Assembly (NCBI GenBank): GCA_031459915.1
Contig: JAVKHO010000011.1
Span: 20,878 to 84,877 of the forward strand
DNA: 64,000 nucleotides
Direction: 5' to 3'
Origin: Candidatus Tepidifontimicrobium thermophilum
GTDB taxonomy: Bacteria > Sysuimicrobiota > Sysuimicrobiia > Sysuimicrobiales > Sysuimicrobiaceae
Positions within the stretch are counted from its first letter, which is position 1. Each line of letters opens with the position of its first letter. Shown here piece after piece: positions 55,601-64,000 of this stretch. The notes below the pieces were generated by a model. That model was not told the DNA's origin. It worked only from the letters and a program-made list of their open reading frames with translations, and did not search any database. The position numbers were made by a program, and so were the translations under genes.

Positions 55601-56565
55601 GGGGAACGCTCCGCGCGTGGCCCGACCTTCCGCAGGTCCAGCCACAGGTCCACCAGCCCCAGGGCCACCATGGCGAAGGTGCCCAGGTCCCCCAGCATCA
55701 GCACGGCCACCACCGCCAGCGCACGGCCCGCCCGCGGAACGTCCCTCGACTGCAGGTAGTGCAGCATCGTCAGCACGCCGAAGAAGGCGAACACCAGGAC
55801 GCTGGCCATGAACCCGTTGGCGGCCAGGACCCGGCCCAGCTCCGGAGCCCACGGCTGTACCGCCACCCCCGCGAGAACCGGCACCACCAGAGCCACGGTC
55901 CCCGCAGGCGGCAGCCTCCAGGTGAGGATGGGCGCGAACCCCGGAAGCTCGGTACCCAGCCGCCGCATCACGTGTCGGGCCAGGGCGTAGGCTCCGTAGG
56001 CCCAAACCAGGACCCCGAGGATCACCGCCGCGGGCAGGATGGTCCGCACCAGGTTGGGCATCTGCTGCGCCAGCTGCTCCATCTGCTGGACCTGCTGCGG
56101 CGGCGCCCCCAAGCGCCGGCTCAGGTCCGCAGCCGCCTGAGCGCCCTTCACCTGCGCCTCCACCACTGCCTGAAGCGGATCCAGGCCCATCAGGTACCGG
56201 GTGACGACAAGGCTCAGGACGGTGACCCCGAGGCCCACTGCAGCACCCGCCAGCACGGCCCGACCCGCCGCCCTTTCCCCACCCTGTCGGGCTACTACCC
56301 CCTGCACCACACCCACCGGGGCAAACGCGGCCACGAACAGAAGGCCCTGGGGGAAGCCGAAGAACGGGGACAGCACGAGCCCCGCCACCACCGCGCTGAG
56401 CGCCGCGGTACGCAACCCCCGCCGGTAGGTGAGGACGAACAACGGAAGGGGGGCGGCCACGAGTCCCGGGGAGCCGAACACGGCTACCAGGAGGGCCACG
56501 AGGGCGGTCAGGGCTGCCAGCAGGGCCCCCTCGGTCAGGCTCGCGGTGCGCTCCCGCACCGCCAC
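55597..56565 (-). CDS. YybS/DUF2232 membrane protein
   Basis: LTEGALLAAL, multiple TMs, GLVDLWLDLRK; between rpsR and rplI. Confidence 0.85.
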   Translation of the reverse strand: MAVRERTASLTEGALLAALTALVALLVAVFGSPGLVAAPLPLFVLTYRRGLRTAALSAVVAGLVLSPFFGFPQGLLFVAAFAPVGVVQGVVARQGGERAAGRAVLAGAAVGLGVTVLSLVVTRYLMGLDPLQAVVEAQVKGAQAAADLSRRLGAPPQQVQQMEQLAQQMPNLVRTILPAAVILGVLVWAYGAYALARHVMRRLGTELPGFAPILTWRLPPAGTVALVVPVLAGVAVQPWAPELGRVLAANGFMASVLVFAFFGVLTMLHYLQSRDVPRAGRALAVVAVLMLGDLGTFAMVALGLVDLWLDLRKVGPRAERSP

Positions 56566-56625
56566 GGCACCTCCGTGTGGCCTGCCCATACTTCTCCGGC
56601 CCCCTACACGGGGCCCGTCACGCGC

Positions 56626-56880
56626 TCAGTCCGCGGTGTAGGGCAGAAGGGCGAGCTCGCGGGCCCGCTTGATGGCCACCGCCAGCATGCGCTGGTGCTT
56701 GGCGCAGGTTCCGGTCACCCGCCGGGGCAGGATCTTGCCGCGCTCGGAGATGAACCGGCGGAGCCGGTTGCTGTCCTTGTAGTCTACGAACCGGGCCCGC
56801 TCCGAGCAGAACACGCAGACCTTCTTGCGAGGCCTGCGCGGCCGCCACTCCCGCTTGTCCTTCTTGTCCTTCTCCGCCAT
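56626..56880 (-). CDS. rpsR: 30S ribosomal protein S18 (Zn-binding C+ type)
   Basis: [27 protein letters not shown]. Confidence 0.97.
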   Translation of the reverse strand: MAEKDKKDKREWRPRRPRKKVCVFCSERARFVDYKDSNRLRRFISERGKILPRRVTGTCAKHQRMLAVAIKRARELALLPYTAD

Positions 56881-56925
56881 CCTCGTCGTCCTCCGCGCCA
56901 GCGTTACCGGCCCGTGCGCAGGGGG

Positions 56926-57321
56926 CTAGAACGGCACGTCTTCCTCCTCCGGCTCCGGGGCAGGTTCGAACTCCTCCGCCGGCGCCTCCACAGGCTCCGG
57001 GGCCTTGCGGTCCAGGAACCGCACGTGGTCCGCCACCACCTCCACCGCTCTCCGGCGCTGGCCGTCCTGCGTCTCGTACTCCCGGATCTGCAGCCGGCCG
57101 TCCACCGCCACCAGCCGACCCTTCGCCAGGTGCTGGGACACCTGCTCGGCCAGCTTCCGCCACGCCACCACGGGGATGAAGTCCGCTTTGCGCTCGCCCT
57201 GCGGCCCTGCAAAAGGTCGGTCCACCGCGAGGGTGAAGGTCGCCACGGGCTGCCCGCTGGGCAGGTACCGCAACTCAGGGTCTCTGGTCAGCCGGCCGAT
57301 CAGCACCACCCGGTTCAGCAC
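56926..57321 (-). CDS. ssb: Single-stranded DNA-binding protein
   Basis: LNRVVLIGRLTRDPELR, acidic tail EDVPF. Confidence 0.97.
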   Translation of the reverse strand: MLNRVVLIGRLTRDPELRYLPSGQPVATFTLAVDRPFAGPQGERKADFIPVVAWRKLAEQVSQHLAKGRLVAVDGRLQIREYETQDGQRRRAVEVVADHVRFLDRKAPEPVEAPAEEFEPAPEPEEEDVPF

Positions 57322-57689
57322 CCCCCATCACCTCCCCCGGACGGCACGGCCTCCGCCAGCTGGGCCTGGGGAGCGGGCGCGGCCGCAGCCGCTGCGGGCA
57401 GCGCCTCGCACACCAGGAAGCGGATGACTTCCTCCACCAGGGCCACCGCGTTCTTCAGGTCCTGGACCCGCTGTGCGTCCAGTTCGAACCGCATGAGGAC
57501 GTACAAACCCTCGCGGTGTTTCTTGATGGGGTAGGCGAGACGCCGCTTGCCCCAGGGCTCCGTCGCCAGGAGGGTCCCGCCCCGCTCGGTGATGCGGCCC
57601 GCCACCCGGTCGATGGTCTCCCGGACCTGTTGGTCGTCCAGGTCCGGACGCAGGATGAAGACGATCTCGTACGCCTTCCGCACGTCCAA
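57315..57689 (-). CDS. rpsF: 30S ribosomal protein S6
   Basis: YEIVFILRPDL, WGKRRLAYPIKK. Confidence 0.96.
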   Translation of the reverse strand: MDVRKAYEIVFILRPDLDDQQVRETIDRVAGRITERGGTLLATEPWGKRRLAYPIKKHREGLYVLMRFELDAQRVQDLKNAVALVEEVIRFLVCEALPAAAAAAPAPQAQLAEAVPSGGGDGGC

Positions 57690-57750
57690 CCTCCCTCGGT
57701 CAGGGATTAAGGCTCCCCGGTCTCCGCCCGGCCGGAGACGAGAGGCGAAT
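57690..57750 (-). promoter_or_regulatory. Structured rpsF leader, possible S6:S18 autoregulatory RNA
   Basis: Hairpin GTCTCCG/CGGAGAC (57720-57739) plus CCCT able to pair with the AGGG of the SD; extended -10 TGG-TAGAAT at 57821-57813. Confidence 0.4.
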
Positions 57751-57871
57751 ACCTTGCGACGCGGTCAGTCCGCCGTCCTGCTCACCACGCTGCGCGTGGG
57801 GTCGGCCGGTTGATTCTACCAGACGGGACGCAGGGTGTCCACGAAGGGCAGGGTCCGGCGGGGCGCAGCGG

Positions 57872-58162
57872 TCAGTCGTCCCGGAACAGGCCCGCGGGCG
57901 GCGTCGGGCCGGACCGGCGGCGTGGCCGTAGGGGCCGGTTCTCGTGGGCACGGCGGGCCAGCAGCTCCCGCTTGGTCCGGTACAGCTCCTCCAGCTCCGC
58001 CTCGATGGCCGCCAGCGCCCGTCGGCCCGTCTCGCCCGTCCCCGTGTGCGGGACGCTGCTCTGCCAGATCCGTTTCCGCTGCTCGGCGAGCTCCGCGATC
58101 CGGCGGTCGACCTCCTCCAGGGTGAGCTCGAAGGGGTCTACGAAATCGCTGGGCACTCCCAT
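57872..58162 (-). CDS. Small coiled-coil hypothetical protein (96 aa)
   Basis: AAGGAAGGAG RBS; two heptad-like helices (LEEVDRRIAEL, IEAELEELY). Confidence 0.7.
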   Translation of the reverse strand: MGVPSDFVDPFELTLEEVDRRIAELAEQRKRIWQSSVPHTGTGETGRRALAAIEAELEELYRTKRELLARRAHENRPLRPRRRSGPTPPAGLFRDD

Positions 58163-58239
58163 GCTAGCTCCTTCCTTGGGGTCTGTCCTGTCCATGACAA
58201 CGTCCCAGGATACCAGACGGTTTCCACGGCCGTGAGCGG

Positions 58240-58255
58240 TGCAACTCTCGTGCCA
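58240..58255 (-). promoter_or_regulatory. Sigma54 (-24/-12) promoter
   Basis: TGGCACGAGAGTTGCA matches TGGCACGnnnnTTGCW, intergenic and oriented toward 57872-58162. Confidence 0.75.
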
Positions 58256-58299
58256 CCGGCCCTCGGGTCTAAGCGAAAACCTACCCGGCCGAGGCGGGG

Positions 58300-59376
58300 C
58301 TACACGTGGAAGCGAAACGTGATGACGTCCCCTTCCCGCACCTGGTAGTCCCGGCCCTCCAGGCGGACCTTCCCTGCCTGCCACGCCGCCTCCCAGGACC
58401 CCGCCCGGACCAGGTCGTCGAACGCCACCACCTCCGCCCGCACGAAGCCCCGCTCCATGTCGCTGTGGATCGCTCCTGCCGCCTGTGGCGCCCGGGTGCC
58501 CCGGGGAACGGGCCACGCTCGGACCTCCCGGCTCTCCGTGGTGAAGAACGTCACCAGGTCCAGCAGCCGGTAGCCCGTCCGGACCACCTGGTCCAACACT
58601 CCCTCCCCCAGCCCCGCTACGTCCCGGTACGCCCGCGCCTCTTCCTCCGGCAGGTCCAGAAGCTCGTCCTCCACCTTCAGGCAGGCTACCACCACGGGCA
58701 CGCCCCGCGCTTCCGCTAGCGCCCGCACCGCCTGCACCGCGCCGTCCGACTGGCCTTCGGCCACGTTCACCACGTAGGCGACGGGCTTGTCCGTCAGCAG
58801 CCGCAGGGGCCGGAGCGCCTCCCGGACTCCCGCCGGCAGCGTACGCGCCGGCCGTCCGGAGTCCAGGGCCCTGGCCGCCTCCTCCAGCGCCGCTCGCTCC
58901 GCCCGCGCCTGCGCGTCCCCCGCCCTGGCCCTGGGCTCCACGCGCTCCATACGGCGCTGCACGGTCTCCAGGTCCGCCAGCAGCAGTTCCGTCTCGACCA
59001 CGCCGATGTCCCGCAGCGGGTCCGGGTGCCCTTCCACGTGTGCCACCTCCGGGTGGTGGAAGGCGCGCACCACGTGCAGCAGCGCCGCCATCTCCCGCAC
59101 GTGTGCCAGGAACCGGTTCCCCAGCCCCTCGCCCCGGTGGGCGCCCCGGACCAGGCCCGCGATGTCCACCACCCGCACGGTGGCGGGTACCACCCGCTCT
59201 GCGCTCGTGATCCGGGCCAGGACGTCGAGGCGCTCGTCGGGGACTGCCGCGACCCCCGTGTTGGGGTCCACGGTGGTGAACGGGTACGGCGCCACCGGCA
59301 CCCGGGCGCGGGTCAGGGCCCGAAACAGAGTGCTCTTCCCCGCGTTGGGCAGGCCCACGATCCCCACTGACAGCAC
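58300..59376 (-). CDS. ychF: Redox-regulated ATPase YchF
   Basis: GLPNAGKST, YPFTT, DIAGLV, GLGN.FL, AG.IHSD. Confidence 0.96.
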   Translation of the reverse strand: MLSVGIVGLPNAGKSTLFRALTRARVPVAPYPFTTVDPNTGVAAVPDERLDVLARITSAERVVPATVRVVDIAGLVRGAHRGEGLGNRFLAHVREMAALLHVVRAFHHPEVAHVEGHPDPLRDIGVVETELLLADLETVQRRMERVEPRARAGDAQARAERAALEEAARALDSGRPARTLPAGVREALRPLRLLTDKPVAYVVNVAEGQSDGAVQAVRALAEARGVPVVVACLKVEDELLDLPEEEARAYRDVAGLGEGVLDQVVRTGYRLLDLVTFFTTESREVRAWPVPRGTRAPQAAGAIHSDMERGFVRAEVVAFDDLVRAGSWEAAWQAGKVRLEGRDYQVREGDVITFRFHV

Positions 59377-59392
59377 GATCCCGCTCCGGGCC

Positions 59393-59716
59393 TCACGGCC
59401 TCGCCCGCTTCACGATCCGGCGCCGCGGCCGTGGCTCGGGCGCGGGTGAAGCGGCCTTCCGCGGCCTGGGCCCGGGGGGCTCCTCCTTCGGCGGCTCCGG
59501 CTCCGCGGGCGGGGGTTCGTTGCCGCGCTGCAGGAACGCCCGGATCCGCCGCTCCAGCTTGATGCGATCCATGAGGACGAAACGGCCGCACGTCCGGCAC
59601 CGGATCCCCACATCCGCGCCCAGCCGCTCGATCACCCAGACGTCTCCCCCGCAGGGGTGCGCCTTCCGGGTTCGGATCACGTCGCCCACGTACAGCTTCA
59701 CGTAAGGGGCGGGCAA
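59393..59716 (-). CDS. DUF951 domain protein
   Basis: GDVI.TRK.HPCG..W.I.RLGAD..IRC..CG; usual neighbour of ychF. Confidence 0.88.
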   Translation of the reverse strand: MPAPYVKLYVGDVIRTRKAHPCGGDVWVIERLGADVGIRCRTCGRFVLMDRIKLERRIRAFLQRGNEPPPAEPEPPKEEPPGPRPRKAASPAPEPRPRRRIVKRARP

Positions 59717-59727
59717 GCCAACACCCC

Positions 59728-61218
59728 CTACCGCACGCTCAGCAGCGCGTCCGTCGGTGCGAAGTCGTCCGTGAGGGCGGGGACGTCCTCGGTCCGGATG
59801 GGCCGCAGGTATAGGTCTGCCACCGCGGCGTCGAAACCTGGCACCTTCACCCGCCCGCGCAGTGCCCGCGCCCGGGCCTGCACCTCGCCGGGCGGCCACC
59901 GGGTTTCGGCGCCCACCACGATGATGTTCCGCAGCGCCTCCGGCCACCCCGTGGGCCCGAAGTCCACGGGGAACACGTACACCGCCGGGTACACCTCCTG
60001 CAGGGTGCGGTACACCGCGCGGAACAGGCGACTGTGCGGGCCTTCCAGGGCGCCGATCACGTTCACCACGAACACGCCTCCTGGACGGAGCCTAGCGCGC
60101 ACCTCCTGGAAGAACTCCCGGGTGGCCAGGTGGAAGGGCAGGGTGTCCCGCAGGTACGCGTCCATGAGGACGTGGTCGTAGGGCTCCCGTGCCCGCCGTA
60201 CGAACTGCCGACCGTCCTGCGCGAACGCCCGCAGCCGGCCCCCCCGCGGAACCCCGAAGAAGCGGTGCGCGACCTCCACCACCTCAGGGTCGATGTCCAC
60301 CACGTCCACCTGGACTTCCGGGTAGTCCTCCAGGTAACGCTTGGGGACCGTCCCGCCGCCCATCCCGATGACCAGGACCCGCCGAGGGTGGGGCTGGAAG
60401 AGCATCCCCACGTGCATGTAGTCCGCGTACCGGAACACGGTACGCCGCGGCTCCTCCAGGTCCAGGGCGCTCTGCCAGTAGTTGTCCAGCTTCAGGTACC
60501 GGACCCTTCCCTCGTCGCTCACCGTGATCCGGTGGTACACCGTGTCCCGGGCGTACACCACCTCCGGCGCCTCCGGAGGGAGGATCCGCGCGCTACCGGC
60601 TCCCGTGCCCACCAGGACCAGGGCGGCCACGGTGGCCGCGCCCGCTCGCCGCAGCCCCACCAGGCCCACGACCGCCAGGGCCATCTCCAGCAACCCCAGG
60701 GCCAGGATGATGTCCCGCACCCCCAGCACCGAGATGAGCCAGAAGGCCGCCGCAAAGCAGCCCACAATGCTGCCCAGGGTCGACAGGGCGTACAGGCGTC
60801 CCGCGGTGCCGCCCACGGTAGCTACCGAGCGCGTGCTCAGGCGCACCGCGTACGGGGAGATGGTCCCCATGACCACGCTGGCCGGGAAGAACAGGACCAG
60901 GGCGCTCAGCAGGGGCCCCGCCCGGCTGTCCAGCTCCGCAGCGGCCAGGGCGGACAGCAGCGGAGGCGCGGCTGCCGGAATGGGGACCGTCAGCAGCCCC
61001 GCCAGGAACACCAGACCGCAGAAGGCACCGTGGCTCGGGTAGCGGTCTGCCAGCCGGCCGCCGAGCCAGTAGCCTACACTGAGGGCGGTGAGGAACACGC
61101 CGATGAGGCTGCCCCACACGTAGATGGAGTTCCCGAAGGTGGGGGCGAGCACGCGGCTGGCCACGATCTCCAGGGCCAGCAGCACGCCCCCGCTCGCGAA
61201 CACGATCAGCTCCAGCAT
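59728..61218 (-). CDS. Fused membrane domain / spermidine synthase-like protein
   Basis: N-terminal TMs (LEIVASRVLAP.FG), IGMGGG, VDIDP, DGRQF, LTDDFAP. Confidence 0.9.
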   Translation of the reverse strand: MLELIVFASGGVLLALEIVASRVLAPTFGNSIYVWGSLIGVFLTALSVGYWLGGRLADRYPSHGAFCGLVFLAGLLTVPIPAAAPPLLSALAAAELDSRAGPLLSALVLFFPASVVMGTISPYAVRLSTRSVATVGGTAGRLYALSTLGSIVGCFAAAFWLISVLGVRDIILALGLLEMALAVVGLVGLRRAGAATVAALVLVGTGAGSARILPPEAPEVVYARDTVYHRITVSDEGRVRYLKLDNYWQSALDLEEPRRTVFRYADYMHVGMLFQPHPRRVLVIGMGGGTVPKRYLEDYPEVQVDVVDIDPEVVEVAHRFFGVPRGGRLRAFAQDGRQFVRRAREPYDHVLMDAYLRDTLPFHLATREFFQEVRARLRPGGVFVVNVIGALEGPHSRLFRAVYRTLQEVYPAVYVFPVDFGPTGWPEALRNIIVVGAETRWPPGEVQARARALRGRVKVPGFDAAVADLYLRPIRTEDVPALTDDFAPTDALLSVR

Positions 61219-61281
61219 GGCCTCACCCCTCAGGGTACCCTACCGGACGACCCAACGCTGGCCCTGGCGGAAGTCGGTGGC

Positions 61282-61842
61282 TCAGTCTCCGTGCACCAGG
61301 CGCAGACGCGGCGACAGCCGGAGCAGCAGCTGCACCCGCTCCACCTCGTTCAACCACTCCTGCACCACCCGCCGCAGCAGGTCCTCGCCGGGAGGGACCA
61401 CCCCCACCGGACAGGCGGGCCCCAGGCGGTCTGCGGCCATCTGCCGGTAGATGGACAGGGTCCGCTCCCCGTACCGCGCCACCTCCACGAAGTCCTCGCT
61501 GAGAAACACCACCATGGGGATGCGATAGCCGCGGTTGATGGACAGCAGCTCCCGCAAGTCCGGGTGCTCGTCCCGGTCGAGAAAACGCAGCCCGATCCGC
61601 GGGGTGGCTTCCGCGAACCGCTGCAGGATGGGGCACTGGTTCACGCAGTCCCCGCACCACACGCCTGCCAACACCACGAGGTACATGTCCCGCTGGAAGC
61701 CCTGCAGGAGCACGCGCTGCTCGGGCGTCAGCGCCACAGCCTCGTACACGCGCCGCCACCGTTCCCGGTGCACCTCGCTGCCGTAGCGATCCAGGAACTC
61801 GTGGTAACCTAGCGCCTGGTCGAACTTGACCTTCCAGTCCAT
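61282..61842 (-). CDS. Thioredoxin family protein
   Basis: WCGDC, RD...L, RIP. Confidence 0.85.
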   Translation of the reverse strand: MDWKVKFDQALGYHEFLDRYGSEVHRERWRRVYEAVALTPEQRVLLQGFQRDMYLVVLAGVWCGDCVNQCPILQRFAEATPRIGLRFLDRDEHPDLRELLSINRGYRIPMVVFLSEDFVEVARYGERTLSIYRQMAADRLGPACPVGVVPPGEDLLRRVVQEWLNEVERVQLLLRLSPRLRLVHGD

Positions 61843-63011
61843 CCCCGTTCACCTCCCTGCGGCATCTGGGAGGGGAGCCTCAGGGCGGCTGCGGCCACGC
61901 CGGCCAGTACCATGATCATGGCCGCGGAGGCGAAGGCCGCGCCCTCTCCTGCCGCTCCCAGCAGTCCGTTGCCCCAAACCGGTCCCACCATGCGGCCCAG
62001 GCTCTCCAGGGTGCCCGCTACGCCCTGGACCGCGCCCTGCTCGTGCGACGCCGCCGCCCGGCTGATGAGGGAGACCAATGCGGGGTTGGAGATCCCGACA
62101 CCCACCGCGGCCACCAGGGTGCTGCCCAGGAACCCTGGAAGGTCCGTGCTGACGGAAGCCCCCAGCAGCGACAGCCCCGCCACTGTCAGGCCCGCAGCCA
62201 GCGCGCGCCCTTCTCCCCACCGACCCACCACCGGTCCCACCAGTCCCACCTGCACCGCGGCGCCCACCAGGCCCCACAGGGCCAACAGGTAGCCGGTGTG
62301 GGTGGCATCCAGCCCAAACCGCCGGTGGACGAAGAGGGCGAAGGTGGTCTGGTACACCGCGGCGGTGGCCCAGTACACGAAGTCCACACCGAGCAGCCCC
62401 CGCAGCTGCGGCCGCCGCAGGGCCGCGGGCAGCTGCCGCCAGCCCGTCGGGCCGCCCGCACGCACCCGGTGGACGGTCTCGGGCAGCCACCACCACGCCA
62501 GCGCCATGGCCACCCCCGTCAGGCCCACGGCAGCCCACGCGGGGGCCGAGTATCCGAACCGGGAAAGCGCTCCCCCCAGAGCCGGGCCCAGCACGAACCC
62601 CATCCCGAAGGCAGCGCCGATCAACCCGAAGCTGCGGGCCCGCCGGTCGTCGGGGGTCACGTCCGCGATGTACGCCCGGGCGGTGGAGATGTTCCCGCCC
62701 GAAAGCCCGTCCACCACCCTGGCCACGAACAGCATGGGGAGGTTGCGCGCCAGCGCCAGCAAAGCGAAGCTCACCGCGGTGCCCAGCAGGCTCAGCAGGA
62801 GCACCGGCCGGCGGCCCCAGCGATCCGACCATGCGCCCAGGATGGGGGCCGCCACCAGCTGGCAGGCGGAGTACGCGGCGAACAGGAACCCCACCTCCAG
62901 GGGAGACGCGCCCAGGCTGCTCGCGTAGAAGGGCAACAGCGGGATCACGATCCCGAAACCGATCAGGTTCGCGAGCACTGTGAGGAAGATGGCCCACAGC
63001 GGCCGGCTCAC
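61809..63011 (-). CDS. MFS transporter (TetA/DHA1-like)
   Basis: G..SDRWGRRPVLL, DGLSGGN, GFVLGPALGG. Confidence 0.92.
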   Translation of the reverse strand: MSRPLWAIFLTVLANLIGFGIVIPLLPFYASSLGASPLEVGFLFAAYSACQLVAAPILGAWSDRWGRRPVLLLSLLGTAVSFALLALARNLPMLFVARVVDGLSGGNISTARAYIADVTPDDRRARSFGLIGAAFGMGFVLGPALGGALSRFGYSAPAWAAVGLTGVAMALAWWWLPETVHRVRAGGPTGWRQLPAALRRPQLRGLLGVDFVYWATAAVYQTTFALFVHRRFGLDATHTGYLLALWGLVGAAVQVGLVGPVVGRWGEGRALAAGLTVAGLSLLGASVSTDLPGFLGSTLVAAVGVGISNPALVSLISRAAASHEQGAVQGVAGTLESLGRMVGPVWGNGLLGAAGEGAAFASAAMIMVLAGVAAAALRLPSQMPQGGERGWTGRSSSTRR

Positions 63012-63076
63012 TGGACCATTATGCCACCGCGTTCCCGCTCCCCCGGGAAGCCCGGTACAATGCGGCGCTGGAGGCC

Positions 63077-64000
63077 ATGTCGAGCTTGCCGCGGCTGCGC
63101 CCCGTGGAGTTCGTGCCCGTGCGGGTGTCGGGACGCTCCGTGGTGGCCGTACGCGACCCGGAAGGTCTGCTGGAGGACACCCTGCTCCTCCCCGTGGAGG
63201 TGGCGGAGCTGGCGCTGCTCCTGGACGGAAAGCGGGACGCGGTGGACGTGCAGGTGGAGTACGCCCGCCGCCACCGCGGGGCGCTACTGTTCACCTCCGA
63301 CCTCACCCGGATCGTGGAAGAGCTCGACCGGTGGGGCCTGCTGGACACGGACCGCGCCCGCGCGCGCCGACAGGCCCTGGAGGAAGCGTTCCGCAGGGCG
63401 CCAGAGCGGCCCCCGTACTTCGCGGGAAAGTCCTACCCGGACGACCCCGCCCGGTTGCGGGCGCAGGTGGAGGACTGCCTGCACGCGGCGGACGCCAGCC
63501 GGATTCCCACCCGTCCACCCCGTGGTGTGGTGGCGCCGCACGTGGACTTCGAACGCGGCGGAACGGGCTACGGGTGGGCCTACACGGCGCTGGCCCGCTC
63601 GCCGGCCACCACCTTCCTCCTGTTGGGAGTGGCACACGGCGGAGCGCCGGTCCCCTTCGCCCTCTGCACCAAGCCGTACCGCACCCCTCTGGGGACGCTC
63701 CCGGTGGACCGGGCCTGGGTGGACGAGCTGGTCCGGGCCGCACCCGAACTGACGCAGGGGGAGCTGGCCCACCGTGCGGAGCACTCCCTGGAGTTCCAGG
63801 CGGTCTTCCTCCAGGTGGCGTTGAAGGGCAGGCCGGTCTCCGTGGTCCCCATCCTCTGCTCGGCGTTCGAGCAGTGGGCCGGCCGTCGTTCGCCCCGGCA
63901 GGTACCGGAGGTGGAGCGGGTGGTCCAGCTGCTCCGTCGGACCTTCTGGGAGCGGGCGGACGGTGCCGCGCTGGTGGCGGGGGTGGACTTCAGCCACGTC
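63077..64000 (+). CDS. amrB: AmmeMemoRadiSam system protein B (MEMO1-like), 3' truncated
   Basis: Not in ORF track because open at window end; translates MSSLPRLRP...AGKSYP...APHVD...LGVAH...EHSLEFQ...VDFSH. Confidence 0.88.
   Translation, partial: MSSLPRLRPVEFVPVRVSGRSVVAVRDPEGLLEDTLLLPVEVAELALLLDGKRDAVDVQVEYARRHRGALLFTSDLTRIVEELDRWGLLDTDRARARRQALEEAFRRAPERPPYFAGKSYPDDPARLRAQVEDCLHAADASRIPTRPPRGVVAPHVDFERGGTGYGWAYTALARSPATTFLLLGVAHGGAPVPFALCTKPYRTPLGTLPVDRAWVDELVRAAPELTQGELAHRAEHSLEFQAVFLQVALKGRPVSVVPILCSAFEQWAGRRSPRQVPEVERVVQLLRRTFWERADGAALVAGVDFSHV

Noticed and set aside
55315..57534. Long plus-strand ORFs (also 23581-25806, 60034-61812, 62043-63752)
   Set aside because: Antisense or off-frame shadows typical of high-GC DNA, with no recognisable motifs

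Overview
A GC-rich bacterial chromosome segment with no CRISPR array, prophage or transposase. The Arg/Glu/Pro-rich proteins suggest a thermophile, and a Terrabacteria lineage such as Armatimonadota/CSP1-3 is my inference, not something the sequence shows. Left part (1-23.4 kb): a HEPN/MNT toxin-antitoxin pair, a KimA-type APC transporter, two MBL hydrolases, and an uncharacterised small-protein/DUF6036 nucleotidyltransferase pair. Next comes a Crp/Fnr gene divergent from an accessory operon (FAD/BBE oxidoreductase fused to an NTF2 domain, SnoaL, DUF1326, DUF2182, a cupin remnant, an ABM-like protein), followed by a TAXI-TRAP transporter, housekeeping genes and tRNA-Ser(GCT). Middle (23.4-48 kb): a ~22 kb inositol cluster (iolB, C, D, E, G, iolM-like, iolH-like, IclR regulator, sugar ABC). 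It runs co-directionally into a Cof HAD phosphatase and two AfuABC-like ABC systems, and is followed by an FMN riboswitch with unusual loop insertions driving ribU, an inositol monophosphatase and an eIF2B-like gene. Right part (48-64 kb): a Uma2 pseudogene and the Firmicutes-like block ychF-rpsF-ssb-rpsR-yybS-rplI-lonC-dnaB. dnaB carries an intein and has a DnaA-box-like cluster upstream, and a near-perfect sigma54 promoter drives an orphan coiled-coil gene. The best candidates for undescribed systems are an inositol-phosphate scavenging system, the DUF6036 toxin-antitoxin-like module and the variant FMN riboswitch. Family calls come from recognising motifs by eye; no searches were run. Many start codons were re-picked from the ORF track using RBS and homology logic.
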